A stretch of DNA of 63,511 nt, counting the filler, from Rhabdomonas costata (lineage: Eukaryota), in NCBI GenBank assembly GCA_019059605.1. It is 12 parts of 12 records of this genome, joined end to end, with 100 filler letters (N's around TTAATTAATTAA, not from the genome) between each part and the next. Parts side by side here need not be neighbours in the genome. Positions count along the whole stretch, not along the records: positions 36,765 to 42,802 come from JAHMHO010000101.1; positions 42,903 to 47,983 come from JAHMHO010000102.1; positions 48,084 to 53,161 come from JAHMHO010000103.1; 9 more parts are not named here. One strand, 5' to 3'. The position numbers and the translations under genes are program-made. The notes beneath the pieces are model-generated. The model was not told where the DNA came from and ran no database searches. It saw nothing but the letters and a program-made list of their open reading frames with translations. Positions 37,321 through 50,744 of the stretch are shown here, in pieces (positions within the stretch are counted from its first letter, which is position 1; each line of letters opens with the position of its first letter).

Positions 37321-40300
37321 CTTCTTCCTCAACATGTAGTAGCTCCACCTTGCTCTCCACAACCTTGGAGAGGAATAAGGGGCACGGTGCACGGTGCGAA
37401 AGAAGGAGGCAGAAGGGTGCGACACAACTTTCCCACCCACGGTCGGAGGAGAACTAGAGAGACCATCAAGTAAAGCCGGAGGGTGAAGGGACTCACAAAG
37501 GTAGAGGATCACTGGCATAACTGGGGGAGTTTTTTTTTTTTGCATTGTCAAAGCACAGTAAAACCGGGACATGAGGGGAAAAGAGCGTGGCGGCTAATCG
37601 CATCTTGCGGAGGCACAGTGAACTCTGGTGGCTCTGGAGGCGGTTACACGAAAGATGCTTAAAAAAATCAATCATCTCCACCACACTATTCCGCGATATC
37701 ACGTGCCATCTCAAGGTTTTTGGCAGCGTTTCAGCAGTCACCTATCGCATGCGGTGGGAAGGAGACCTTTGCGTGCACTTGGATCTTTCGTGTCGCCTGG
37801 CCCTCAATCTCGACATCCACAGACTGGCTCATGACGGTGGGCTCCGTTCCGAAAAAATTAAGCTGTGGCAGCGATGGAGAACGAAAAGGTGGAAAGAAGC
37901 GACAAGAAAGAGAAACAATTTTTACATACAAGAAAAAAGAAGCTTGAAAACTGTGCTGGAATGGTTGCTGTCAAGAATCGAAGCAGATCCGGCCGTCCAG
38001 TGAAAACTGCACAAGAGGCAAAAGCGCTTGTACGATGTAAACACACACACATATGCAGTTACATAACATTTCGTAACACTTCGGCATTCACTGTACTGAC
38101 CCCCCCCCCAACAAGAAGACACGGCGAGGTCACCGAAACGCACCGCGCGAACCAGTGCGTTTGTATCTGCAAGCAATCATACACCTCAGAAAGGGAGGAA
38201 ACCTTCAAACGTAACAACAATGAACGCACACACTTTCTCTATCCCCACAAAATAGTTTCATCTCAAGCAAAAATTGTCCCCAAACAGCGAAGAGAGATGA
38301 GAAAAACAGCAGAACGGCCGTTTCGGAGCTCTAAAGCACCCAAGCGATCAGATTAAAACCCTTTCTTCACGTGAATAGAGCAAAGACTTCCCTGCAGAAG
38401 TCTACAACGGACCATCTCGAAGTGTGGTACCATTGCTTCCCCCAACCCTTACTGATTCAGCCTGCCAAAACAGGCAGAGAGGGAGGGAGGGAGGGAGACA
38501 GGGGGCACCTTGATATCCACAGTCTTGGAGGGGTCCACGGTGCCCTTCTTGGGTTGGATCTGCAGCCCAGTGAGGTGGTCGTACACGAACTTGAAAACCC
38601 CAGGGCGCTTCCCGGTGTTCTTGATGGTGATCGACCTGAGCCGTGACGACAGCACACAGTTTGAGTGGAGTGGAGTGGGTTGCACGGAGGAAACAGCCTG
38701 TCCTCAAACTGCCGTTTGCTTCCCACCAGATACTTTCGTTTTTTCGTAGCCACGGACTTTTGCTGCCCTCCCTCCCTCCCATGGATGCGCTTTACCCTGG
38801 TGAACCCTAGAAAGCCCTTTTTGTGTGATGATTCCACTTCACTTGGGAGCAAACAAGTTTCCGTAAGAAACTGGACTTTACGTTGACAAAAAAGCAGAGT
38901 TGGTCATCCACCGATGTCGCCAACGTGGCAATTAAATCAATGCTAACACAGCATTGCAATTGCAATTGCAATTGCAACTGAAATGCAAAAAATGGGAACA
39001 TTTGCAACAGGCGCTTCTGGCATTCACAACCGAAGGGCCTGAAAAATTCTTTTCAAGAGCAAAGTGATGTAACACTAACACTGTGTAACTGCCAGCAGTG
39101 CCGTTCCAAATGGTCCTTCTGTTAAATTCGAGTTTTCCACCTTTGCACCTGCGGCCATCATGAAAGGTTTCATTACTCCTTGCCATGGAAACGACGGTGA
39201 TCTTCTTTCTGTGGTTTGGGTTACACAAAGTACACAGAAAAAGTGCGACTTGGTGATGTTGTGGGATACAACGGTGGTGCCCAGCGAGACGTAGGAGTCG
39301 AAGTGGAGATTGGGGGCGGGAAACCATCTGTGTAACAGAAGCAGCGAACATCGTTAAGAAAAGGGCTTCCTCTCCTCGGCACTGCAAAGTATCAAGACTG
39401 GAGGTTAAGACTCTTGAAGGGCGGAAACTGGCGAAAGAGGGGATTTTTGCACATGAATTTCTTGAAAACAGGTACGGATTCGGTATTGTTTTTGACGCCC
39501 TTTTCTTGGTGGATTTGAGCGGACTTCTGGGGAGCATAGAAGCAGGAAGTGGGCCAATAGGCAAAGAGCCTAGTGGTCCCATCAAACTCATGTGCAGAAA
39601 TATGCAAGAGTTGACAAGATAGAAGCATGAACACACTACAATTCAGAAGGATCAACCAAAGGAGGTTTGAGACTGTTGGTGACGTTCGCGGTTAGTCTGG
39701 GCGGTTCAGCGAAAAGAGGGAGAAATGCTGGGACTTGCCCAAGTGCAGTGGGATGTCATGTGGATTCTGTGCCACACCAAACATTTCTGCACGTTTTCGG
39801 CATTGGAGTGCCCCACTCCGGTACGAGAGACGAAGGTAAAAAGTCAGCATACGCGTGCAGAGGAATCATAACGCTGCCGTCGTCCGTAATCAGCGTAAGT
39901 TCGTCGAAGTACTCATTTTCAATCGCCGCAGAGAACTCCACCTCAATCGTCTGAGCCCAATGTTAAAACACGAGCACGATGGTCTTTGATGAGAGAAATA
40001 GAGTTTTTGGTTCGGACCCAATGGCAGAAAAAAAGGAAAGCAGCCCGGAAAGGGAGTTGCAGGGCTGGGGCGAAAATGTAACTTGGCGAGACGAAACTGT
40101 GCACATAGTGCACATATACATATACAAGTGCACTTCAAGCCAAAAAAGTCAAAATGCGAAAGTTTTTTTTTTTTGCAAATTTTGCAACCAGCTCCATATG
40201 GGGTAGTAAGTTTGATGCGTACCACCATCTACCAGACAGGCAGCTCAAAGAAAGGAAAATTTTCCCCTCCTCGTTGAAGACAAGGCCAGATCCATCATGG

Positions 40301-41588
40301 CTATCCGGCGACATCTAGGCAGTTTTCCGATTCACAGAAACAGAGACACAGAAACATACCTGGGTGAGGCCAGGAGAAATGGTGTGGTTGTCGTACTTCA
40401 GACGAAACTGAGCACTCTGAGGGGCCTTGAAACGGACTTTCTTCACCTATTGGGAAATGGAGGCAACGTTTTCGTTTTCGATTGTCTCCGAAAACGCTAT
40501 AAACGCTTTAACACAAGCCTGAGAGAGCGGTCGAGATTCTGAATCAACCTTCCCCTCCCAGATGTGTCAATATTCAGCTGAGTAATCAGTAAAACACAGG
40601 ACCCCAGGACCAGACGAAGATCCAAGGCCTGCTTCGGTTCAGTCGCAGGTCTTTCTTCTTCCGCCGCACCGCCTCTTTGGGAAATATCTTTTCAGAGTTC
40701 AGAGTTCAGACGGGTTGGATTAAGCCATAATAAAAAAATTCCCCATTCCCTACACCACCGTATATGGTGGTAATATGCTGGGATTAGGGACACGTGTGTC
40801 GGTTTCTGTCGTTAAGGTTCGGCGCGGGAGGGAAATAAAGATGAAAATTTTTTGTTTTAATCTCCTTCGAAATAAAACGACTTGTTTGTCACCGGAACGT
40901 GGGGGGAGGGGTTGTGGCAAAAAATTCAACTGGTGTCCAAGCGCTTTGTGTCCGTTGGCTGCGTTTTGGGTTTCTTTTCTTCTTTTTGCAACTTTCACAA
41001 CTTTCACTTATCTCTTTACTTTTCTGATTTCATATTCCGCGAAGGCTTCAGTCGAGTTAGTGAACGGCTTCCTTAGCAGGCCATGTGGCAGTGAGGTACC
41101 TGACACTCTCCAAATGCAGATCCTTACCTTCAAGCTCCCCAGAGTTTCTCACACCCCTTACCCTTTTTGCGGAAAGAACCTTCTTGGAGATGTTGTGGAT
41201 CTGAAAGGGCACCACGTATGTGACGCTGGTTTCAACATCGCTGAAGTCGCCCTGCAGAGGACTGACCCGCAGGCTGGGTGACGCGGTCACACTGGCAGAC
41301 TTATCAATACCCGCGGCCTGAAAAAAAAACACGAAAAATTGAGACATGCTGCACGAATAGTCAAAACAAAAGAAAGAATTAATCCGTGTTCTTCACAAAA
41401 GCACAAAAAAAACACCACACAAAAGCGGGCGGGAGGGTGGATTCAGAAAGAAGGAGCAGACTTGACAAACTGGGAAAAAGGAAGAAGACGAATGTCGTCT
41501 CTTCCGGAAAGACCTTTGAAGCCGTACTGGTGGGCGCGGGGGTTCCGGAACTTGTGCGGGGCATTCCTGGAGTTGGATCGGATGGCAT
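37321..41588 (-). CDS. CFAP47: Cilia- and flagella-associated protein 47-like (ASH/Ig-like domains), N-terminal part
   Basis: Phase-consistent GT-AG exons 41588-41514, 41317-41180, 40446-40360, 39950-39853, 39327-39250, 38635-38509, 37862-37767, 37363-37321. They give LRVSPLQGDFSD..IHNISKKVKKVRFKAP..ISPGLTQTIEVEF..IPLHAWFPAPNLHFD..KSITIKNTGKRPGVFK..GQATRKIQVHAKVVESKVELL, collinear with the CFAP47 N-terminus as I recall it. Confidence 0.88.
38954..38977. repeat. (TTGCAA)4 palindromic microsatellite in a CFAP47 intron
   Basis: ttgcaa x4. Confidence 0.9.
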
Positions 41589-42050
41589 GTTTACGACAAA
41601 ATCAAAGGAAGTATAATAGCACAAAACAAAGCAAACGCTGCAGCGTATTTAATTTTGCAGGTGCAATGTACAAACACCCTCTTTCTTTTCTGGCGCTTGT
41701 TTTTAGCGCGTGGGGTCGTGGGTGATTAAGAGAGCAGGGATTCTTTATGAATATTTGGCACGAATGTTTTCGGATTTGCGTTAGGGTTAGGGTTTTGAGA
41801 ATTCCGTTCACATCCCGAGGGCTAAGCCGAATCCTGACCTTTCACCCTGGGCCGTTGAGGCTCGAAGCTACTCAAGGCTCTTGTGGCCTCAAGGCATAGC
41901 AGCTCTGGGCTGCACCCTCGCCTGCATCGCTTCAGCATGCAGCCAAGGGAGCCTCGCACCAATTTTTTCCATCGAATGGGGCACGACATCTGGCGACCAC
42001 ACGACGAGTTCTGGTGACCACAAAAATCACTGTATAAAATTGGAAGTTTT

Positions 42051-42051
<1 letters not shown>

Positions 42052-42086
<35 letters not shown>
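42052..42086. repeat. (CA)n microsatellite
   Basis: About 17 CA units. Confidence 0.97.
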
Positions 42087-42087
<1 letters not shown>

Positions 42088-42170
42088 ACGTTCCCAGTTT
42101 TTCGCCGCGGTGCAAAAGAAAAAAGAAACCAAAAACAGCTAAAAAACGTGTTAGTATCTAAAACTGTGTA

Positions 42171-42203
42171 TGTTTGAGGCATGTTTGAGGCGTGTTTGAG
42201 GCG
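42171..42203. repeat. 11-bp tandem repeat x3
   Basis: tgtttgaggc(a/g) x3. Confidence 0.9.
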
Positions 42204-43299
42204 TGTAAACTTAATGTTTGAATAACAAACTGAAGGCAAGCCCCGTTGCGATTTCCGTGAGTGAAATAACCAATTTGGTTTTAGTTAAAAACTACATCCA
42301 TGTTTAATGAACTTGTGACAGGCGACAATCCTGTTATTGCGAAATATGTCAAATATGTCCTGGGCAGTCCGCTCCGGGTTCCGTGCCAGCGGAACCCTGA
42401 ACACTACCAGCAGCCTTGCGCTGAAGCCCGTACGTGGGTAGGTTCGTAGAGCTTCCACTCCTGATTGCTGTTCATGCTGCCGCCTCGCGACAGCCCATTG
42501 TCCTTTGTTTTTTTCATCTGTACACTCTGCGTCGGAGGGCTTCGAGTCCCCCATCTTGCGGGTTCCCCTTCTTTCCTTCTTCCTTCTCATTCGCTCTAAG
42601 TTTGTTCATTCTGTGTGGAGCCTCACTGTTTTGGACTATCCTCCACCCACCCCACTTCTGACCCTCACATTCCTATCCTGCTTCAGTCTTTGCATTTTCA
42701 TTGATGTTTTGGTTTATCGTCTTTCTTTCTTATGTGCTTAGTTCACACCTGCTATCTCTCGCGTTCCTTCCTGTAAATTGTTTGTTTTTAGTGTTACACT
42801 CTNNNNNNNNNNNNNNNNNNNNNNNNNNNNNNNNNNNNNNNNNNNNTTAATTAATTAANNNNNNNNNNNNNNNNNNNNNNNNNNNNNNNNNNNNNNNNNN
42901 NNGTGTGTGTAAAGAAGTAGAATGCTGACAAACCAGGCCCTTTTCAACCTTCTGCCAGAATTCTACTTCTTTACACACTGCCGGCCGACATGAAATGAAA
43001 ATACACGTAGCACAAAACCTGCGCCCCCATCCTCAGGAGAGCCTTGGGCACGGCCACCATTTCCGCCACTGCGAGTCAGCGTTTCCACGGTGTGGTTGTC
43101 CAGACCACGTCCTGGACCAGCAGCAAGAATTTTCTCCACTGTGCGGGAAACCTTCTCGTCGACCCTCTTGACTTTCAGGGTCGGTGGATGAAAACCGGAT
43201 TCAACCCTGATATTTAAAAGTCGCCAGGGGGTTTCCACCGAACATTTGGGGAGGTTGCAAGAAAGGTAAAACTGAGCCGGGCAGACCATTCTTTTATCT

Positions 43300-45330
43300 C
43301 CAGGAAAGTAAATCCTTCGTGAACCTCTCCGGTTTCGGTCTCATAAGCCCATACCCGCTGGGCCCAATCCTGCAAAGAGCGGAATAACGCGGTTCCCGCT
43401 GCTGAACATGAGTGAAGAAAATATCACTGCGTTCAAACCTACCAGCTACAATGCAAAACAAATATGACCAATAAATAGCCTGCGGCGTGGAGGGAGTCAT
43501 CCTGGAGATAAAAGGTCGGTCACACACAACATCTTCTGAGTGATGTGAGCGATCTTGGAGATTAAAGTACATGAAGTTGTGTAGTCATGAACCGATAAAA
43601 ATGTCAACCTTCAACCAAACAAAGCTCTCTTAATTCCTTTAATGCCTTTCATATTTTCCTGGGCAAATGGTAGGAGCAACACAAGCAATAGTGTGCAAAC
43701 AGTTCTGTGCGTGCAGGGAAGCCAACGGAAATGGGAGAACCTGAAGAGAAGCCTCTTGAGTATCTTGAGTCTCCGTTGGGACACAGCAGAGCAAAACAGG
43801 AGCCAAAGAATCACTTGTGCAATGCGTGGGGAAAAACGTGAACCCTTCGGGCAATGGCTGGTCGAAGTAAAGCGCCAGCAGGTCATCCCTGAAAACAGAA
43901 AAGCGTCGTCGGTAAGAAAGGCGTTTGCATTATGTCTAACAAGGAAAAATGAACACAATTCACCTGGAGTAACGTTTTGTCTCCATCTGCAAAAAGGTTC
44001 TGGAAGAAAATAATGAAAAATAACGAAAAATAACGGAAAAGAAACAGCAAGAAAAGCAGAAATTCCGTTTATTTTCGATCCCAACCAATTGGTATAATTT
44101 CATTTTTTGATGTTCTTGTCGTCGTTGCAAATTCTCGGTGAATTTTCACCTTCAATGGGGAAATTCCTGATCTGAAATCTTTTCGTGAATTTTCCACACC
44201 ACCTGGCCAGGAGGTAACGTGGGGTGATCGAAAACACAAAGGGTTTTCCAAAGCGGTTTTCGAAATCCAAACTGGAAAAAACGATGAAAGTCCATTGGAA
44301 TAGGTCTGATATTGACTCCTTCGTCTGTCAACAACAGTTTCTAGAACGCAATTTCCAAGAGAACGCAGTTCGTGCAACCATTGCACGCTACAACTGACGC
44401 ACGAGACGCTTCGGCAGCGTCTGCATAAAGCCAGCAAGCACGGCTAAGAACCCTACACATCCAAAAAAAAGCAACTCCTGACAACTGCGACCCAGGGGTC
44501 ACAGCTCACCGGAGGATGGTCGTTTTCTTCGCCTTATACAGTTTTGAACACGGTTTTGTTTACAATCGCAAAAGGCGCGATTGAGCCCCGATCGAAGGAG
44601 AGAACTTTCTCAGTGGAGCAGAACACGTGGATCTGTGAAAAGCGCACCTCTACGCAACACCTTTGACTATGGGTTACAATTCCGATCTCTGTACTTTCTT
44701 AGTGAAGGTTACAGTTGCTTTCACCACAGCAAAACCAAGGGAAAAAAGGACTTTGTCAAACGTCAACCTGGATGCAAAGAAGTCCAGACACGGTTCTGTC
44801 CTCAGCGTCCTTCACAACAGTTTTGCAGAAAGAAAGAAAAACAACAAACACGGAGCACAGGCCAACCACACACAAAAAACGGCTTGTACTTGTACTTGTG
44901 GCATGCTTGCTTCCACTGAAGAAAAATTACAGAACCTTCAACCTCAATGTTTCCTGTTTGGAAAGGAGTTTTCTTCTTTTGCTCAATGGTGAGGCCTGTA
45001 AAAAGAAACGTTGCACTTTCCAGTCCAGTGCAAGGGAGGGGCGGGGGTTCGGTTGCCGTTCGGTTGCCAACAATGCACCACGATTCACCGCGCGAAGGAA
45101 CGTCTTTTATGTTTCCACTTTTCATTCGGGGGGTCCACCCGCCTTCGTGGTTTGTGGCTTCTCTCTCCCAGGTCACGGTTGAATGGCGCACACCAGAGCT
45201 GCGACGGGGGTAGAGCTCGGCGCTGAGAGGGTCCCACTGCGTGGACGTCGGGAGCTCCTCTTCCGCAGAAGAAGCAGCGTCCTCCTGGCAAGAAAAATAC
45301 CCGATGCTCCATTCCCACTGCTCCGCCACA
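43300..45330 (-). CDS. Probable multi-exon gene of unknown function with very short exons
   Basis: Short AG..GT-bounded segments such as DDLLALYFDQPLPEG (~43844-43888), LKILKRLLFR (~43741-43770) and EDAASSAEEELPTSTQWDPLSAELYPRRSS (~45193-45284). Phases not fully resolved. Confidence 0.4.
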
Positions 45331-46559
45331 GGTAAAGGTATTGCCCGCGCCCGTTGAAAGAGAGAGTTTTGGGAGAAATGCTCTACAGGAGGCGTCTCTC
45401 ACTTTTAAGAAATATGACTTCACAACGGAAGTGCGCAATCACGGACAAAACTAGGATCGCCCTAAAAGCAAGCAATACACACAGTGAACCACATTATTAT
45501 GGAAGTGGTGGCTTGGCGACGATGAGGGGACGATGATGGGTATCAGAGCTGTTGGAAGGTGGTGGTGGTCGTGGTAGGGAGTTGCTCTGGGAATCAGGGA
45601 AGTGTATGTAGAGGGAGGTAAAGTACCGTCTCGAAAAAGCGCTGGAACAAGAATAAGACGCAATAGGCTAGCATCACACATCACGCATCACACCGGGGGG
45701 GGGGGGGAGGCAAGTAAAAAATTCTACTGTGGAAACAGCCTGGCTGTAAGCTCCAGATATTCCCGCAAGAGCGCACTGAAAATTCGACATGACATGTTTC
45801 TCTCGCGTGGTACGGGACTGTATTGAGGTTCAACAAGTTTTCAGTCTTTGTCGGATTTTTTTTTTACTTTTGAGCGTCATTAAAAATTTGAGGTTGCTTG
45901 GTTGTTGTCGCAGTGGTTTCACCAGTACTTTCATTTTTACAAGCTGTGTGCTGGAGAGGGACTGCTAAATTCGCTTCTCTCTTTCAGTTGGGTGCTCTAG
46001 AACTTATGAGCAACAGCTCCAGCAGAGAGCGGATGTGAATACCTTGCGAACCGCTGCTGCTGCTTCAAAAAAATGGAACTTCAGTTGTCTGAAATTTTTT
46101 CTTGAACTTGACCTGATTGGGCAAAGCCGAAGCAGGCCTGAGCTTTTGTGTATACAGCAGGCCTCCCGAAATCTGACCGTTCATCAACCTTCTGCCCGGG
46201 GTGGTGCTTGGGAGCTCTTTCGTATCCCTTTTGTGCTGCTTCTTTCCCCACGCAGCGGAGGTCTTACGACAGTAACCATAACGTGGTTACTGGTTACAAT
46301 ATGCTCGCCACCCCCCAGCGGGACCAGGCAACTGGCTCGAGGCCGCCTGAAACTGTGACGCTGATTAACAGAGTCGAACAGAGGATTTCCAGGGACTGCC
46401 AGAGATGAGAGATGCCTTCATTGAAGAAACCACAAAACTTCAAAAGACAATCTCTGTCTGTTCAGAGGCATTTTTTACCCAAAAACGAGCAAGAAACAAA
46501 AACAAGACACCAAGAAAAGCAAGGCCGGGTTGCCCGCATGCGGGGAAATGCTCTCCAAG

Positions 46560-47395
46560 GGCAGGCCTGTGATTGTGGTACGGCCGCGGTACCACCTCAA
46601 GACCCGCCCCCTGGAGAACTCGCTGCGGCTGGTGATCTTCTTCCTGGACGGCACGGTGAGGCAGATCCAGCGGCTGGGGGTGCATCAGTTCTGTGGTGTG
46701 GCTTCGCACGTTTATTCTCTGTGCCTTTGTGCTGTGTATGTGTGTGGGTTCATGGCTGACCTGTTGGTGTTTTATCAAGCTATCTGGCATTCACATTGAT
46801 TCTGCGGCGTTATAGAACGTCTCAGGCGACGTACCCGCCGGCCTCCGCGGCGCTCGCCCGTAAGACTTATACTCTGCCACTCGTTCGCCCAAATTCTTGC
46901 AAACGGCTTGTCCTCAGTCAGCTTCAGTTTTGAAGTACTCACGAAAAGTGCTCATCATGGAGGTTGCTCGCATCGGTCTCCCAATCTGTGCTAGAATTAC
47001 AATAGTTTTCAGTCAGGTTATTGTTACGTTACCCCCCCGCCCGCTCCTTATGCTTTCAGAAAGGTAGAATCCCAAGGCCTTCCCGCACATGATTCAGGGA
47101 AGAGGGGTAAGGAGCACGCCGCCTGAGTTGTGCCTCCAAAAATTCCCGCACTTTCGTGAGCATTTTCATGGGGGGAGTTTTGGTAAGACAGAGAGTGCAG
47201 GGTTTTCTTTTCTTCGTTGCTGAGTTTCGAGGATATATTCAACACAGTGCTGGCTGATCTGGAAGGCTTTGGCTTTCCCAACGCCGACCTCCCCGCACTC
47301 CGCGGCGCTCTCTCCATCCTGGAGTCCTACTTCCCAGAGCGCCTGGGCAACCTGTGGTTCATCCATGTCGGGCACATCTTCATGGGGATCTGGAG
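46560..47395 (+). CDS. CRAL-TRIO (Sec14-like) lipid-binding domain protein, internal exons
   Basis: ag|GRPVIVVRPRYH..NSLRLVIFFLD..LG|gt (46560-46679) and DIFNTVLADLEGFGFPNADLPALRGALSILESYFPERLGNLWFIHVGHIFMGIWR|gt (~47232-47395). GRPV, D..G and YFPERLG are family motifs. Confidence 0.88.
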
Positions 47396-49132
47396 GTGTG
47401 TGTGTGTGTGTGTACACGAAGTGTGGGGTAAGTTTCTGAGCCAATGGTGGGCCGCCAGGGCGTGGGAATCTTCGAGCGTGGTTTCGGCGCCTGACCAAAT
47501 ATGCAAAGCAGAGCGTGCGCGACGAAGACGATGAGATGCTGAAGCCCACACAAGGCGGTCAAGATATGGGCCAGTTCAAAGAAACTGTGGCCCAGGGACA
47601 GAGCGTTCTTCCGGAGAATCAGGAAAGCCATGGGAAGAATTGCAGCAGAGCAACCGCGGATGCCACGGAAAAGGAGAAAGCCCCGGAGGACCCGTGAGAA
47701 AAGCTGTCAGAATCGAGGAGATTGCGTAACACCCATCCATCAAAAGGCAGATGGACCCGCAAGCTTCAATGTCAACCAAGGAAGTGGGGGGGCCGGGTTC
47801 TCGCAACCCCACCAAGCAGAAAGTAGAGAGCCCTTGGGTGAAAGTTGGGAGGACCAAGGACCAAACCCCCAGGCCAGAACGGGAGACACCCAGAGGGCAG
47901 GAACCCCCGGAAGTAACGCGGGGGATGTCAGAGGCAGCAGCAATTTTGAGAGAATTGCAACAGCTGGGGAGCCACCCCACCACNNNNNNNNNNNNNNNNN
48001 NNNNNNNNNNNNNNNNNNNNNNNNNNNTTAATTAATTAANNNNNNNNNNNNNNNNNNNNNNNNNNNNNNNNNNNNNNNNNNNNGTTTGTGTGGAGAGCAA
48101 ACGGGGTCTTGGGGACCCACTGCGCGGGCTGTAGTCCGTGGGTTGTCTTTCGTCAATCTTTGACAGTCCACTTCCCATCTTTTCTGCATAGAGTCTCTTC
48201 CTTCCTGCTAATTTCGGTTGTTCTTGTGCCTCACTGTTTTCTTTGCGCGGTCAACATTGCACAGTGAACAATTGCTGTTGCTCGACGTCGTTCCGGTTCG
48301 CGAACTTTGACTGATGCAATCCTGTTTCGGGACATCTGGGAAAGAATGCAATCTCAGGACTTGGAAAAGTCTCCTAATTTTTGGGCGCTATTCTCTTAAT
48401 TTCGATACACGGCTGTACCAGTCTGCTGAAAGAAGCGGAAAAAAGTGGGAGAAATTGAAGGACACGTTCCATGGTTGTGCGGCCTGGTTCGTAAAATCAA
48501 TAAATAAATCACCACAACGATTTTCAACGTAAGAGATAAATTTCTTTCACTCTGCCTTCCCAAAACACCTCATTCATTGTTGTACAAAAGAAGGATAATC
48601 GTTAAGGCGGAAACGCTGCAAATCATTTACTCATTTTCCTGTTGAGTGCAGACGGGTTGCAGTGGTTTTGGTTTGCTGATATTTACTTCAGCCCCCAAAA
48701 ATTTTAAACAGAGAAAGGTCGGAACCGGTTCACATGACAACATTCAGCACTTTGCAGGCGTCACCAACGTGCCACGAAAAGGCGTTCACTGGTGGATGGT
48801 GCGAGCGTGGGAACTTGCGGTTGTGTGCAGAATGCGAGGGATAAGAGCACACATAACGGGGCCACACGGTAGGGCGCAAACGACAAACAACAAAGGCTCT
48901 TGCTCTAGACAATCTCTCAACAAAACGCACAGATTTAAACGGTAGTTGGAGCAGAAACACCCGAAAACAGAACCCCCCCTTCCGAAAACAGGGCACCCAC
49001 AATCGTTTGGGAAACACTGCAAGGCCACTGCCGTTTGCTACACTGCTCATTTCTGATACTCTGATGCACGCCGACTTGCTTGTCTCTCTTTTTGTTTTTT
49101 TCCACTCATTTTGACTTTTGTTTCTTTGGAAA

Positions 49133-50744
49133 ATGCCGCAGCGGCTGTGTGCGCGCTGTGAGAAAGCTGATGAAGGTCGAACTGGCTTGCTGAGTTTCGC
49201 GGGTTGTGTGTACCATCCCGCATGCTTTGTGTGTGAACGCTGCGGGGAGGCGCTGAAGCCGGAAACTGCCGTAGTGAGGGATGGAAAGCTCTTTCATGAG
49301 CACCCTTGCCTGCGGGAGGTTCAAGCTCTAGCTTTGGGAACTTCCTGCGCTGTTTGCGGAAAGCCTGCATCCCCGTTTCAAAAAGGTGCGCTCGGGATGT
49401 TGTTTTGTATGCTGATGCACAAGCGACTTTTTATTTCAAGCACGTTCACCGCTGGCCGACGATAGGTCCTCCTTCTTGATTTGATTAATTTACTACTCCT
49501 TTCTGTCATCGTTCAAGTGCGAGTGTTCTTTTTTTTGCAGAGGTCATCTCGATCGGTCAGCAGCTCTTTCACCCCAAGGTTTCGCCGTTATGTTGTTTTG
49601 GCACGTCTTGTCAATTCCGCTCTCTTCCTGGCAATCCGGTTCTTCTTCTGCTTTTGTGCTGCATGTGCTGGACAGACCTAGCCTTATTCCTTTTAGATAA
49701 TCCTGCTTCACACAGTGTCTGTGTCTGTTTTTGCAGCTTTTCTGATCGCCCTACTGTTCGGCATAAGAAGCTCGTTTGCTCTCGCATTTGTCTTTTGCTT
49801 GCAGTGCTTTTGTTGTGCGGGCTGCGGTGAAGGCTTCGGAAGAGGTTAAAATTTTGTTTCCCCATGTCTTGCTTTGCCATCCTGCACTGAAAACAGCACT
49901 TGTGCCCTGGTTCTTTTCTCGTGGCAACATGCGAAGCTTCTCAGTTGCGCCTTTCCAGGGCGCTGTGTTTGTGTGTTGAGGCACTGGGCCGGAATTTGCT
50001 CGTCAGCTCGTGTGTGTCTGTGTTTTTTCTGCATATATTCTCATTTGGATTTGCTGCGGGTGAGTTTCATTGGCATTCTTTCAAGAACTTTCAAGAACAT
50101 CCATCTGATCCGCCTCCCTCCCTCTTCCCACTGTTGAAAAGGCGATATCGAACGCCCCGGCGATAGTGAGTTTTTTCGTGGCTGTCGTGCTTTTGTGACC
50201 GCTATCTCAACTGTAAGGTGATGTCGACCCCTGACTCAGGAATGTTCAGAACAAACGCAGGACAAAGAGAGTTCATTGCTGACGTAATGAATGACAGGAA
50301 TAATGAATAATGAATTTCTGCCATCAACAGGGCTATAACAAAACTCAAGTCGGAGGAAAAAACTGGTTTTTGTTTGTTGTGGTCGGCGGTATAGTTTTTG
50401 TCTGATAACTTTCAGGTCAAGAAAGAAGCAACCATACGCACGAATTTGCAGTCAGTTAGCACGTCTGCCCTCGGAAACAGGACAGTGATGACAATTGGGT
50501 GACTGGGACAGTGTACTAGTTTGTAAGTTAGTGTGCTCTTTCAGCACACTGGGGGAGGGGGGAACCATCCTTTTTTGCCAACGGGCCGCGGTTTCTTCAA
50601 GCAAATGCGAAAATTGAACAGAATATTTTTGCCACACGAGCACTTTTGAATCTTTTCCCATTCTATCCAGGGGCCAGGCACTTCAAGTGGGAGGGCAAGC
50701 CTTACCACGAGTTGTGCGTGGACGAGCTTCGCCAAAAGCTCCGG
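49133..50744 (+). CDS. LIM-domain protein (two LIM domains); may extend via further exons to ~52140
   Basis: Exons 49133-49385, 49541-49578, 49805-49844, 50671-50744 are phase-consistent: CARC..YHPACFVCERC..HEHPC and CAVC..FHPKCFCCAGC..YHELC. Confidence 0.88.

Noticed and set aside
41781..41792. TTAGGG x2 (and CCTAACCCTAA near 51119) as telomere
   Set aside because: Only two units and internal; compatible with chance or a tiny interstitial remnant.
47576..47971. GC-rich segment as a tyrosine recombinase or retroelement end
   Set aside because: I could not find the catalytic HxxR or GRW motifs; left unassigned.
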